In this document: one piece after another, positions 45,671 through 58,400 of the stretch
Layout: each line of letters begins with the position of its first letter
Numbering within the stretch: the first letter of the stretch is position 1
Assembly: GCA_048772705.1 (NCBI GenBank)
Contig: JBLWGC010000216.1
Coordinates: forward strand, 62,001-126,000
From: Leidyana gryllorum EB-2025a
Taxonomy: Eukaryota; Protista; Apicomplexa
Length of the DNA stretch: 64,000 nucleotides
Direction of reading: 5' to 3'
Made by a program: the position numbers and the translations under genes
Notes under the pieces: model-generated
What the model was told of the DNA's origin: nothing
Databases searched by the model: none
The model's input: the letters and a program-made list of their open reading frames with translations, nothing else

Positions 45671-48446
45671 ATGGAGTACATGCCTTCCACAGTGTGGGGG
45701 CAAATAGTCCAATTTGTCGATCTCAAGACAGTCCTGACTCTCCGACAGTTGTCTAAACGTTGCTGTAAGATCCTCGACGATCCTGTTTTGGAGTTTTATT
45801 GGGGTGACTTGGTGCGAACACACGACCTCACACGACTCAAGAAAGTTAGTGCTCGCACATCGTGCCGATTTCTCATCCTATTTGGACTCAATTCGGGCCG
45901 ATGGCGTCGAAGGGACTTTGCGTCTTCTGCTTCGTACAGTCTGCCACCCATGCTGCAGGAACAGTGCTCAGTGGCAGTAATAGACGCTCATGACGGAGTC
46001 CATGCTGCGGCTCCTCCTTGGGGACAACTGCGGGTCGCGCGGGAAAGAAACCTCTTTGCCGAAGCTGACGGTCAAATCCACTTTCCTATCTGTCTCGAGG
46101 AGCGACCGAAACGTAATCGACGTCTGCATATCTTCTGGCCTACCGAGCCACATTCCGATGCGACATGGCACGGATACACCACTACGTATCTTTGTGGTAG
46201 CCCCTTAGCGACGTTGCCTCCGGCAGTTAGCGCTCCCTTTGAAAACCCGTACAGCGCCGTCAATCCGGAAGCGGTGTGGGCTGTCTCGGTGGGGCAGCAA
46301 GACACTCAACACTATCGACATATTCTAATACTTAATTGGAGTACCGTCATGATGAACGAACCGGTCTCGGGCGAGTCCGCTCACTGTCGAATATCCGTCC
46401 ACGACATTGTCCGGACCCCAACTCCTGGCGGTTGGGATGGCCAGAAAGCTTTGCCTCGCCCGTTGTGCCTCTTCTGTTTCAGTTTGACGGTATCTGCAGC
46501 AGCGACCAGTCAATTATCTCCGGCTGCTCCGGCAGCCGTCACAGCTTTGGATGCGCTTTGGTGGTCTGACGAAGGTATTTGTATCGTAGCTGTGGGAACG
46601 AGCGAAGGTGATGTGCGACTGAGCTGTGCCAAAGTCGCAGAAGAAGGTACTGAAGTGGTCACCATCACCCACAGTAGATGGTTGGGGAAATCACGGGATC
46701 GTGTCAAAAGAGTCGGCCTCTCTGTCGACGAGGCCGGCTATCTACATGTCTTCGCCGAATGGGAACCGGCACAGTACTGTGCGGTCTATCGAGCCCAAAT
46801 GAGCCCCGATATGGGTACCTCCGAATATCCCTGGAAGACACTCTGCGAGGTCGGATATGACCATCGAGTTTTACCCAACCCGATATTCACATTCTGTCAC
46901 ACTATGAAACAGCTTCTCACCGTCACTGCAACGGGATCTATCGCCCTCATAGATCTCACTCAACAAGTTGAACAGCCAACTCACACTGCAATAGGGCCAT
47001 TGACCTTCACAATAGGCGGCACCCTCGAGGAGGCGCGCTGGAATCTACAACAGAGCCCCCCATGGCTCTCCGAATACAGAGTCAATTGTCGTCCAGCATT
47101 CGTCACAGCCATTCCGTCGCTGGGCCATTGGGCCATAGGTGAGTGATATTTTCCTTTCTCTCCACAACTTTCGAGTTTCCTCAGCTGTCGACAAGAATCT
47201 AAGGATCGTCGCACTCAAAGATGGAATACTCAGATTGGTAACACTGATGACTGGACATTATCACAAGATATATATGGGAAAGTATGACGGGGCCTACAGG
47301 TTCGTCACAATCGATCGAGCAGAAATGCTACTGATCTGGGATCTTCGCCGAAGACAAAAGGTGGCACACATTTCTCTATTGGACCCAACTGGTCAATCGG
47401 ATCTACGCAGAGAGCTCTCAGCCCTAAGTTTGAGCAGCGCGGCCCGGGAGCTATCCGCTACACTCTCCCCATCACACACCAGTGTCAATATCTCCCCTCC
47501 AATGGCTGCCGTACACCCCCCAGCGCCTTCCATTCCCGATCCCAAGATGGAGTTCCCCGACTTGGCTCAGCCATCAGCTTTCCCCCCTCTCCCGGGCGAA
47601 GATGACCCCCTCCGACTATCTTGTGTGCCTTCGCGCCCCTCGCATGGCTGGGGCAAAACTGCACGCGCAGCAATCGATCTCACAGAAGACGCAGGTGGAG
47701 GCGGACGTCTGGTCGAAGATGTGGAAGGCGGCTTGGCGCCCACAGCTGAACCAGATCGACCCAGCAGTGGAGGTCGGCCTATGACCTGCCTGGAGATCGC
47801 TACTGTTGAGTTGGGCAGACGCCTGGGTCTGAGTGGAGACGACCTTGAGAAATATCACGAACTCTTAATCGAAGAGGCCAATCGACGGGAAGTGGAGCGT
47901 TTGGTGGAGGAGGTGGAGGCGGCTGTTGCCGCCGAAGCTGTGGCAACCGCCCCCACTAATCCAACTCCCGGTGCGGAGGAGCGACCCGGTGCACAACGGG
48001 ATACGGGTCCAACAGACATGGCAGAAATACAGTCTCAAGTCACTCGCAGTCTCTCAGAGCGGCCCGGCAGTGGCCGCAGGCCCTCTTTAAAGCCTCTGGT
48101 CACGTTGATAGCTCAGAAGGTCTACGGGCTTCCCTGTCCGCCTCATCTGGTCGTCGAAGCCTTGACCGCCGATGAATCCATGCCGATGAATCGTAGACTA
48201 CAAGCGGCCGAAGCTGACTTTGCTGGGAGCCGATCTGAATGGGTTTCGAGAGGAGAGAGGAAACTAAAGCAGAAGCTCCTAGTGAGAGCCGAGTCCGAGC
48301 GACATGGTGGACAAGCCGAAGATACCCCCATGAATCTCCTGCGCCGGCTGAATGCAGACCGTGCTGTCTCAGCAATCTCCTTTTCGGAGAGGCACTTGGG
48401 AGTCTTCTTCCAAAGCTTGGGCACCTGGGAGGTGTGGCGTATGTAG
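45671..48446 (+). CDS. F-box protein with beta-propeller-like C-terminal region, 1 intron
   Basis: N-terminal MPSTVWGQIVQFVDLKTVLTLRQLSKRCCKILDD..YW fits an F-box. Intron near 47139-47183; WD-like LLIWDL. Confidence 0.72.
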
Positions 48447-48454
48447 ATCTCTTG

Positions 48455-50271
48455 TCAGCCGTTTGGTGGGGGTTGCATATGGTGATCAAAGGGGGGACGT
48501 GGACCCATAGCACCCTGCATTGCCGCCATCCGCATTTGTCGCTGCTGCTGGGCTGCTGCTGCCATTTGTTGTTGCTGAGCCACCATTTGCTGCTGCTGGG
48601 CCGCTGCCATGTGATGCTGTTGCGCAGCTGCCATTTGATGTTGCTGGGCAGCCGCCATCTGATGTTGTTGGGCAGCCGCCATCTGGTGCTGCTGAGCGGC
48701 CGCCAATTGGTGCTGTTGAGCTACCGCCGCCATCTGCTGCTGCTGCGCTACCATCTGTTGATGGTGATGCATCTGCTGTGCCATGTGCATTTGCTGCTGG
48801 GGCATCCCGCCCACCCCCATGTGCTGTTGGGACATCATGGGGTTGGGAGGCATTCCTGGCATGCCGTGTTGAGCCATCATAGGCTGCTGTGGTGGTTGCC
48901 CCGCCATCATAGGGGGTCTTCCTCCCATTGCCATGTTGGGATTCACTTGATTCGGGGCTTGTTGCATCGGGGGCACCCCATATCCAGGGGTCGCGGGTTG
49001 GCCAGTCGGCTGCGGACCTGTTGAAGGCATATTTGGGGGAGCAGCCCCTCCGGGTTGCATCTGAGCTTGTCCCACTGCCCCCTGAGGCTTGAAGGTGGTG
49101 CTTCCAACCGAGCTGGGAGGGCCAACGGAAGGAAGTGGAACCACATTTTTCCCCCAAAGATAGTTGAGGGCATTATCCAGATGGGTCAACGGTGCCACGA
49201 AGGCCTGGAGGATGGGTAGTAGAGTTTGCCATGCATTGCTGATCTCGTGATCATCCTAAAGCGAGGCAGAAAATTGATATAGAACACGTGCGTGTGTGAA
49301 TGGTGTCCCACCTGCGCGTGATGTACTGTGACAGTTTTCGCATCACACATAAATACGCAGCTTCGGCCCGACTTTTGAAACATGGCGGACCAATCCACTG
49401 GAACTCCTGGCGGTTGATACCTGGCAAATTGCAAGGCTTGTTGATCGTCCATCGCCTCCTTGACACGCAGATCATAAACGGCACGCTGCAAAGGAGTCAA
49501 GGCGGACAGTGATTGTGGTGGGAGAGCGATCGGTTGACGTTCGCGGGGCAATGGCTCTTGATGTCTTTGGAACACGAGATAGTTCGACACTTCGGGATCA
49601 TATGCCTGAAGCAGAAATGGCATTATTGGCGACTTGAACTCACAATTGTCCAGTGTGGGAAATGGTGTAAGAGGAAATGGTACAATTCAAAGATCCTGAG
49701 CTCGCCCTGGTGCACTTCACACTGGATGCTGGTATTAACAACTCGTGTCTCCAAATCGCTTTGGTCACTACCAACACCTTTGTGTTTGCGTCGCAACCTG
49801 GGGGTTGAAAAGCAGCTGAGCTAGGAAGACCGGCCCAGGCGTACCAAGTTAGGGACTCTTCACAGGCCTCGGGGCTTTCCCCAACAGCTAGAAAGTAGCA
49901 GGAGTTGCCGAAAGAGCAGATATAGCCGCCGGTCCTGAGTCCGTTGCGGCGAGGGGGCACGACTAGTAAGGCATTCCGCTGGAAGGAGGGTATGCTGTAA
50001 GGCAGAGGCAGGCAGACAGGAATGGACGTACGGCTTGGTCATACATGAAGTTGTCAATATTCTTCCGTAGGGAATTGCGGAAGATATTGACTTTGTTGTT
50101 GCCTGTGTTACTGGCTTCGACAGCATAGCGTCTGCGCGGAAGGTTGAGGTTCTTCTGAGGATGGGTTCGGCATACGTACCGTCGTTTACATGTGAAAGGC
50201 CCGGACTGTTGGAATGGGAATGGCTTATAGGGCGGATTGGCAGTCTTGGGCACCCATGGATTGGGCAACAT
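48455..50271 (-). CDS. Hypothetical protein with Gln/Met/Ala-rich prion-like C-terminus
   Basis: Four ORF segments join through GT-AG introns. The tail has AAAQQHQM repeats (24-bp unit, ~48575-48760). Confidence 0.65.
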
Positions 50272-50335
50272 TTATGAGGTTTTTGCGTACCATATGGCCA
50301 CCTTCCGGTGAACTGCTCTAGTCCATTTGAAAAGA

Positions 50336-53300
50336 TGACTTCCACACTTCGCTGGCGGTCCCCACGACCGGTCTCACGACCCAAATCACATGGCCGCCAG
50401 TTTGATGTGCCCGAAGAGACTACTAGGCGCAGCCCACTAATCCACAACAGGGGCAAGGAACGGCGGTTGCCGACCAAACATGCTTGTGCCGTGCGTCGTA
50501 TCCTTCAATCCTCCACCATACTCAGCATCATGACGGAACGTACGCGTCGCCGTCTGATGGACTCATTGGATTTTGCTTCTACCCCTACTGGGGGCTTTGC
50601 TTTGTCCCCTACCCGCAAAGAGACACAGGGCGTTCCAGCGGAGCCTCTGCTGCCAGCCGGGATCAATCACATTCGGCACTCTCGCAAACTAGCACGGGTA
50701 GTGCACGCTTCACCTCCACTGTTCGTGAACCCCGAGTCACTAGGATTCAATGTGGTTACTGACAGGCAACGACTGCCAGGCAAGCTCTTCTGATCGCACT
50801 CTTGAAGGCTTCTTTGCAGCTGGGCGAGCAGGTCCCAACGCCCCCAACATGATAGGCAAGTCCCCCATCCGAAGAGAGCTGAATCTCTACGAACCCCCCA
50901 TTAACAATCACCCATTGTCGTCCCCCAAGGAGACGAACAAACTTCACCACTTAATACTGACGTGGTCCACGTCCGCTGCACACTATGTTGAAGTGGCGGG
51001 CACTTTCACAGAACCGCCCTGGGCCGTCAAGGTCCCTCTCTATTGGTGCGGAGAAACCCAGACTCATTGGGTAGACGTACATGAAGTATCCCCTTCTGCT
51101 TGCGGAGTGCAACAGTTCAAGTTTATCGTCGATGGCGTGTGGAAATGTGATCCTACCTACCCCATTTGTGACGACGGCAGGTAGGCTGCTCCCTCACTCG
51201 ATCGAAGCTGACACTCGCACTCGCACTCGTAATGTGTGCATTAACAAATTACAACTGGCAACGCCCCATGCCCCATGCCTTACAATGCCCCGCTTCCCCG
51301 CACCCCTCATCTGTCTCTGTTCTGCAGCGTTTCGCATCATCTCAACAATGTTATGGTGATATTCCCTCATCGTTTACGCTTACGGTTATCCAATCAAAAA
51401 CTGCTCCGTCGTCAGAGTCATCAGCAAGGTTTCGTGACTCGACCCTCGAACCCTCAACAAGAAGGTAGAAAAAGTCTTCCCACCACGCCCCAGAATATTG
51501 ATACACCTGTTGCCGAAATGCTCTACGACCTACAAACACCCGAAGATCACACAACTGCTCATCCGACACAATCGATAGCATTGCCATTGCCGCTGCCTGA
51601 GCCCTATGACCCAACATCCAATGGACTGTATGGACATAAGATCTCGACGAGTGCCGATGCTCACGAGAACGAAGCTGGCGAGGATTTGATGTTGTCTACG
51701 GATGGGCTTTTACGCATTCCATCATGGGCTTGTAGGTAAGTCCTTTGGCCACCACGAAAAGGGTGGGCGTCAAGCGTTGTGGCTGCCATGCCGGCGGTCT
51801 GTAGCAATCCGACTTCTCTCAGTCTCTCTTCAAATGTGCTCTCTGACTCTCTTTACTGACTTCCTCGCTGCAGGTCCACTATGGATTCGAACACTGCTGC
51901 GCAGACGACCCCGGCCGCTTTGTCAAAGTCCAACAGTCGTGCTGTATTGGAGAGTCGGTGGCGGTTGGCAGTCAACTTGGAGAGTCACAAAGTATCAACA
52001 CCAAAGGAAGCTCCAAATCGGTTTGCGCTGGACAGACAGTCAACCACACCGCCGGAACTCCCCCGAAAAGATCCAAGAAATAGATGTTCCGGGAAACCAC
52101 CGATAGTTTCTGCTCACGGTGCCGCTTGTGGACAGAAGTGTCGGAAATTACTGGTTCAGTCTTGTGCTCAACCATCGTTAGATGACGAAGAACCCCAGAA
52201 GCGGCGTCGCCGACGTCAACAACGTCCTGCAACTACGGACGGTACCTTAGTGAGGTGTCTATCTCACCATGGGGGTCGTCGAGACATGGGGTATTCGACC
52301 GACGGAAGGTCGGTTCGTCTGACTGAATGGCCACCACTAGTCACCGATCTTCTCCATACCCCCGAGATCCTTCTGCAACTCCTGCTACCTTCGAATGTGG
52401 TCAAAATGAGGAAGCAGGAGCTGGGCTTATCCGCTGGTGAGATGCCAAGAAAGAGGCGCAAAGTCACTCTTGACATCCGCAGGATGGGCCATGACCCCAC
52501 ACCCGGAGAAGGTTGCAACTGGAGGAGCTGATTCATTCTATATCTCTTCTGACTTTAGATGTCTCGCGCTGGCAGATGGAGTCGGTGAATGGGATGATCT
52601 CGGATTCTCCCCCCGTAGCTATGCGGATGAACTCATGTCCGCTGTCCAATCCGTATGGGAAAATAAACAGCATCCCGTTCACCGATTGTGTGGGCGTATG
52701 GCCCCATCTGTCGTCGCCCGTGAAATAATGCGTCTTGCCCACACGGAGCCCAGAAGTTATGGTTCGGCCACCTGCTGCGTGAGTCATCCCTCAAAGAGCT
52801 CTGACAAACAAAATCCCCCTCCGATCCCAGATTGCGATATTCGATCCCAAACGACAGCAACTTGGAATATGCAATCTTGGTGATAGTGGACTTTGCATAT
52901 TGCGCAGAGGTCGAAAGTATCAAATGGTTGAGCACTTCCGCACAAAGGATCAATCACACTTTTTTAACTGCCCTTATCAATTGAGCAGAAGTCCCCCTCC
53001 ACAAGTTTTGGCTAAGATCTTCGGAATCGCAAATATTGAGAATGGGAAAGGCTTCGTTTTGCCTTCTGAAGTAAGCGGAGAGGGTAGCAGTGATGGTATT
53101 TTGGGCTCACAGGACCTGCCCAAGCATGCCAACTGCCACGATGTACCCGTGGAGGAAGGAGATCTTATCCTCATGGCTTCAGACGGATTATGGGACAACC
53201 TGTGGGACTTTGAGATCCGAGGGCTCTGCAACCTGGCGCTGGCTCCTTTTGAGGCATTGATTTTGCACGACGAAACGCTAGTGACAGGGGCAGACACCCT

Positions 53301-53980
53301 GGCTCGCGCAATAACAGAGGCGGCTTCCCTCCGAAGGTGAGTCCTCACACTTACTTCTCACTCATCTGCTGATGACTCATGCCTCGTGATCATTGCGTTC
53401 AATGTCGTTCTGCGTCCCGTGGTTACGGTGTGCCAACATTCTTTGCCATGCAATTCGCAATGATGTGCCCAACCAATGGCGTCTCCTAACGGTGTGTGTG
53501 CGTGCGCGCGCTCACTGTGTTTGATGTGGCGGTGTGACATGGCTCAAGCTTAGTGTTTCTACCGAAACGTGATTTGTGTGCAGCCGTGATACTCAAGCCC
53601 GAACCCCGTTTGCCAAGTCATACACGACGGAATGCGGAATGCCCGCCTACACTGGTGGGAAATGGGATGACATTACAACGGTTGCTGCGTGGGTGGCAAG
53701 GAGGAGCTTTAACAAGAATTGTGGGGCAGGACCTTCTTTACCCACAGTCTCAACCGCAAACCCACCCACCGTACTCTATCGTTTCCCCTACCATCCTCAG
53801 ACTGACCCTGAAAGTGACTATGACAGTGACACAATCTTCCAGAAAGACTTGGAGCGACGGCGAGAGGGCAAGATTCCCACCCCTGCTGCTCAGAGTGGCA
53901 GTAGTCGAGGTCGTCCGCGCCGTGGCCGACCTCCTAACGCCAGTATCTTCCCTATGGGGGCGAAATATGGAGAATTCTGA
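50336..53980 (+). CDS. CBM48 (glycogen/starch-binding) plus PTC7-type PP2C phosphatase fusion, 6 introns
   Basis: CBM48: LTW..VEVAGTF..PW...FKFIVDGVW..D...NNV. PP2C: PHPEK..GGADS, LADGVGEW, GSATCC, NLGDSG, FNCPYQL, ASDGLWDNL and GGKWDDIT. The frame is continuous across introns 50698-50743, 51181-51327, ~51736-51873, 52437-52482, ~52779-52830 and 53337-53583. Confidence 0.85.
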
Positions 53981-54548
53981 TCATTTTTAGACATGTGCCT
54001 GACGGTCATGTTCCGAGTATCGAGGCGAATCTATGAGGTCGAAATGCATACAAACATGAAACCATATCTTCTTTTCCTCGTAAGTTGGTTGTCCAGGAGG
54101 TCAGCTGCAATACCACGGTCCATTCCCTTATCCGAATTACGTGTCCTTTCTCGTGGTGGGTGCGCTTTTAGTCGTCGATCGTCCATTGACTAACCTTTGT
54201 TGCTGTTGTATGTAGAGGCTGCGCAAGCCATATTACCCGATTACGTTTGGTCTCGCTTTCATCCCTCATTGGGTACCCCATTGCGTGAGTGACACACGTT
54301 TGATTTCTGCTTCTGGGGTATATGTTTAAGATGTGTAGTATACTGCTCATTTCCCCTCATTTGTACCCTGGTGGGGCCTGAATTACGCTTTGACACGCGG
54401 CAGTGTCATAGACGAGCTCGTAAACGTTGGTCGGTCATCTCAGATTACGCACATAATTTGACCCGGCTTTGCTACGGCGAGCAAGATTTTCAGTCTTTTG
54501 CCGTGTCGTGGTGACTTATCAATCACCATTGCACACCACACCACCTTC

Positions 54549-54944
54549 ATGCCCTTCTTCAAGATCTGGATTTTCTGGCTGACGCATTTTGCCTGCCTTG
54601 CAACTAGCCAAGTAGCACAACTGACAGCGGCGATCACTTCCTCGGCGAGATTGGGTACTTCAACAGACGGATTTTACACTCTTGCAATGGACGTGATGAG
54701 CTCTGTTGAAGCCGATCTGCACCAGCGCATCTTGACGGGTCCCATGTTCCTGCAGTGCCTATCACCATTTGTGTGTGACTTGATAGGCGGGTGGCCGGAC
54801 GTACGGAATCCTTTGGATCGATGTAAAACTCTATCGTTGGTGGAACAAGTGATGCCTGGATCAGCCAAAAAAGCAAGAGTCAAACGACAGGAGGCTATGC
54901 AAGAGATCCAAACAGCTTGCGCGGATAACGTTTTACTTGGGTGA
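54549..54944 (+). CDS. Small secreted hypothetical protein
   Basis: Signal-like MPFFKIWIFWLTHFACLA, with four spaced Cys in the mature part. Confidence 0.55.
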   Translation: MPFFKIWIFWLTHFACLATSQVAQLTAAITSSARLGTSTDGFYTLAMDVMSSVEADLHQRILTGPMFLQCLSPFVCDLIGGWPDVRNPLDRCKTLSLVEQVMPGSAKKARVKRQEAMQEIQTACADNVLLG

Positions 54945-55014
54945 CCAGCCGAGTAGAGCCGAAACGTCAGCAAGACTGGACTTACTGAAGCGACTTTTAT
55001 GGTTCTCTTCCACG

Positions 55015-55080
55015 CCTCTCTCTCTCTTTCACACTCACTCTCTCTCTGTGTGTATAACTCTCTCTCACTCACTCTCTCTA
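55015..55080. repeat. CT-rich microsatellite
   Basis: (CT)n tracts in the convergent intergenic region. Confidence 0.75.
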
Positions 55081-55408
55081 TCTTCGCGCTTTGATCGATT
55101 CTATATCCACTGAGACCGATGAAATGTGATGATTTAAGCAGCCGTTGGATGTCGTTGTTCGTTCGTTCTTTCCACTCCAAGAAGACAAGGAAGAAGATTA
55201 TGATATGAGGGCTGCTGCTGCTGCTGATTTGGAGAGATCCTTCCTGCTCCTCACGCAGTCTACTCTCGCACACTCTCGCTCGTTGGTCCGTTTTCTGGCG
55301 TTGATATACCAATGATTCGCTCACCGACTTACACAAAGTGGCTAACTGGCTGAGAAAGTGATTGCTGGGAGAGTTGAAATTTGTTGTTCAACTCATCTCT
55401 CGTCACTA

Positions 55409-58400
55409 TTATCTGTCCTCGAGCACCATGCTACCTTTGACTTCATCTTCCTCCCAGAAGTGGTGCAATGGTCCTTCGAGGAGTCCGAGCGGTGTTGCTG
55501 TTGAGGCGGCACTGTGTTGTGCCCATTGGATTTCTCCGTTAGCTGAAACTATAAAGGAGCCATAGTGATGCTGAGCAGCACCAAAGAAGATCATCTTGGT
55601 GATGGGGGTGTAAGACACCGCTCCCCCTTCCAGAACGTGCAGAGTGTCTGATCGATGTTTAACACCATATCGCATTTCTTCGAGACCCGCTGTCTCTTTA
55701 TTGTACCTAAAGTGACTGAGGATCAGTTCACCACCCAATCCACTGCATAGGAACTCTGCGCTCGAATATTGGGCGACGCTCTGCTGTTGTCAGTCTCACT
55801 TACCCAACCGACTTGAGAGCACCAAAGGTCCGCACGTCAGAGCAGGAGTGTGTATACCTTTCAGAGGGAAACTCGCCCCTAGACGAATGACCTTGAGATT
55901 GACAAAATGAGTATGCGTTTTCATCGGTGCTACACGGAACCTGAGCGTAATATATTGAAAGTATAGAAGATACGTAACCAACTGGACACTTACATGCTGA
56001 ATTCCAGACCCTCCATGGTGGCAATCACAAAGTAATTACGCACCGTCTTGACATCGCAAATGTATCCCCGAGCTTCAAAGAAGGACCCTCCACTAATCGT
56101 CACTCGATTCGCGCTGTCAATGTTCGCCTCTTGAACGTACAGACGACTCCCTCCAGAAAAGTGAATGAACGTTCGCCCACTCACATCCACTTGACCCGCC
56201 ACGGGTACCGGAATAAACCGGCCAATGTTCGAAGTCGCTCCATGGATTGTCGTCGCCGCAAAACTTCCCAATGTCAATTGATTCTCCGGACAGTCGAGCT
56301 GACGGACCAATAACCGCCCACGCGGCAAATTCAACTGATACTGACACATTGAAGTCCCAATACACAATATTGGAGACGCTGCAATCGGGAGATCATAACA
56401 TAAATCAATCAATCAATCAATCAATCAATCGCCTTACAATCCATAGTGAAAGTCGCCACATCCAGCGGTATCTCGCCTGGCACCGCTGGTATCACTACGC
56501 ACCGATTATGTTGCGGACTACATATCATTATGCTCCAGTGCCACTCTGACCCTTGGAGGGTACCACCGCCATCGGCCGTCCACTTCTCTCTATTTCCTCT
56601 AGTCAAGTTGGTCAACTCGGCCGACCTCGAATCGGATTCAATCTCATCGGAATTGAGGTACTGATCCAACGCCTCCGATCTCGAAACGGGCTCCCGCACA
56701 ATACAACAAGTCCGAAGACCCTCAGCACTGGGAATCAAACAGCACCGCGTTGCTTCTCGAGACCCCATATCCTTCATCAACGTGCATTCCTCCATCAGAC
56801 AACCCTTTTTCACCCGATAACTCCCATTCGATAACGCTTGGGGAAACCGTGCCATACTCAAAGTACCTATGCTATTCGCCAATAGAAACATCAGATGATT
56901 CTCGCCATTCGTCTGAACAAAAGGAGTCACTGCTGTCAACTCGCCCCAATCAGAATGCATCTCAGCCTCCCATCCGTACAGGCCGCCCTGCTTCCGATTC
57001 TCGCACACCAACCAAGGCACACGCTTCGAACCCGGAGGCAACAGTAACCACGCGGGAACACCCAATGCTTCCTCAGACAACGCTTGGGCTCGAGGCCTCA
57101 ACATGACAGAACTCTGTCCAACCACTGTGGTTGGAGTGTATACTCTGCTCGATAGGCGACTCAGGTTCGGCATCCGGGGTCGCCCCCAAATCACCAAAGG
57201 CAACTCGTCCTTTACATACACAACCGCAATCAGATATTCTCCGGGCACCGACTTGATCCAAGTCACTCCCAAAATCTCAGGTACATTGGGTCCTGAAGTG
57301 GACGGGATACCACCACTGCTCCCACCTCTGTCACTCATCTCCGACGTCCGTCTGAGATCGTCCCGCAGCAAGGCTGGCGTGAACAAACCGCCTCGAACCA
57401 AATTGTTCATATCCTTCAAAGTGGTCGCATTGGTATTCAATATAGGCCAACAACGCAATAGCTTCAGATCATCTTCCATCCGATAGAGACACACGCACAA
57501 AGCTTTCTCCAACTCGGAATACTGAACTCCCGGTCGGACTTCACTCAATTGTCTCACAATTAGTATCTGACCGCACGGACTCAAACTTAAGGCTCTCCCA
57601 CGACACCCGGGCAGCTCAGTGAGTTTGGAATCCTGTAATCTCCAGATTCGGATCGATGAATCTTCATATCGGGCAGCCACTAACGATCCTTCCACATGGC
57701 CTTCCACAGCCAGCTGGAAGTTCCCCTCCTCGTCACACGATATATCTTCAACAACAATCTTTTCTGCGTCGTCAGAGCACAAAACTCTGATCTCGGTAGG
57801 AGTCATCTGAGTAATGAACGTCACTCCAGAAACGGCGTCCGTGACTTCTCCGACTTCGAGGGTATAATTGTCCGGATCGAATCCTGCAGGAAGTTCGGCT
57901 TCGCCGCCGAACCCGTCCACCGCTATGGAGATACCCATTGTGCGACCTATCGGCACCAATTCCATGGATTCACTCGAAACCACAGCCGTCCGCCGGCCTG
58001 GAAGCGGCCAGACAGAGGTGGTTTCAGGGAGCCGCAATGAAGCCAATATCTCCAGTTTCATCCTGAGATTACACCGGCTGAGCATCAAGTCTTTGCGACG
58101 GCTCTGCGGATCTGTTTCTTCGGTCAACATATAGATCGACTGCGATTCCACCGGATTCTCATAGGGGTCCGATATGCAGTCCCTTAGCGCACCTACAAAG
58201 ACAGTCTCTATTTGAGCCCGGCCGGCCACTTGGGGCTCAAACTTACATTGACGAGCAGTGAAACGATGGGATTTCTTCAATATGGGCAGAGTTATGACGC
58301 GTTTACCCTCCTGACGCGGTAGCTCCAATAAGAGGTGAGCGAAACTGCTCTTCTGGGACGACTCTTCCATACTGTCATCCTCCCCATTTTCATCCGCCAC

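Noticed and set aside
53981-54548. Possible small gene or ncRNA in a ~570-nt gap
   Set aside because: I could build no consistent spliced ORF or recognisable RNA structure; it may be 3' UTR.
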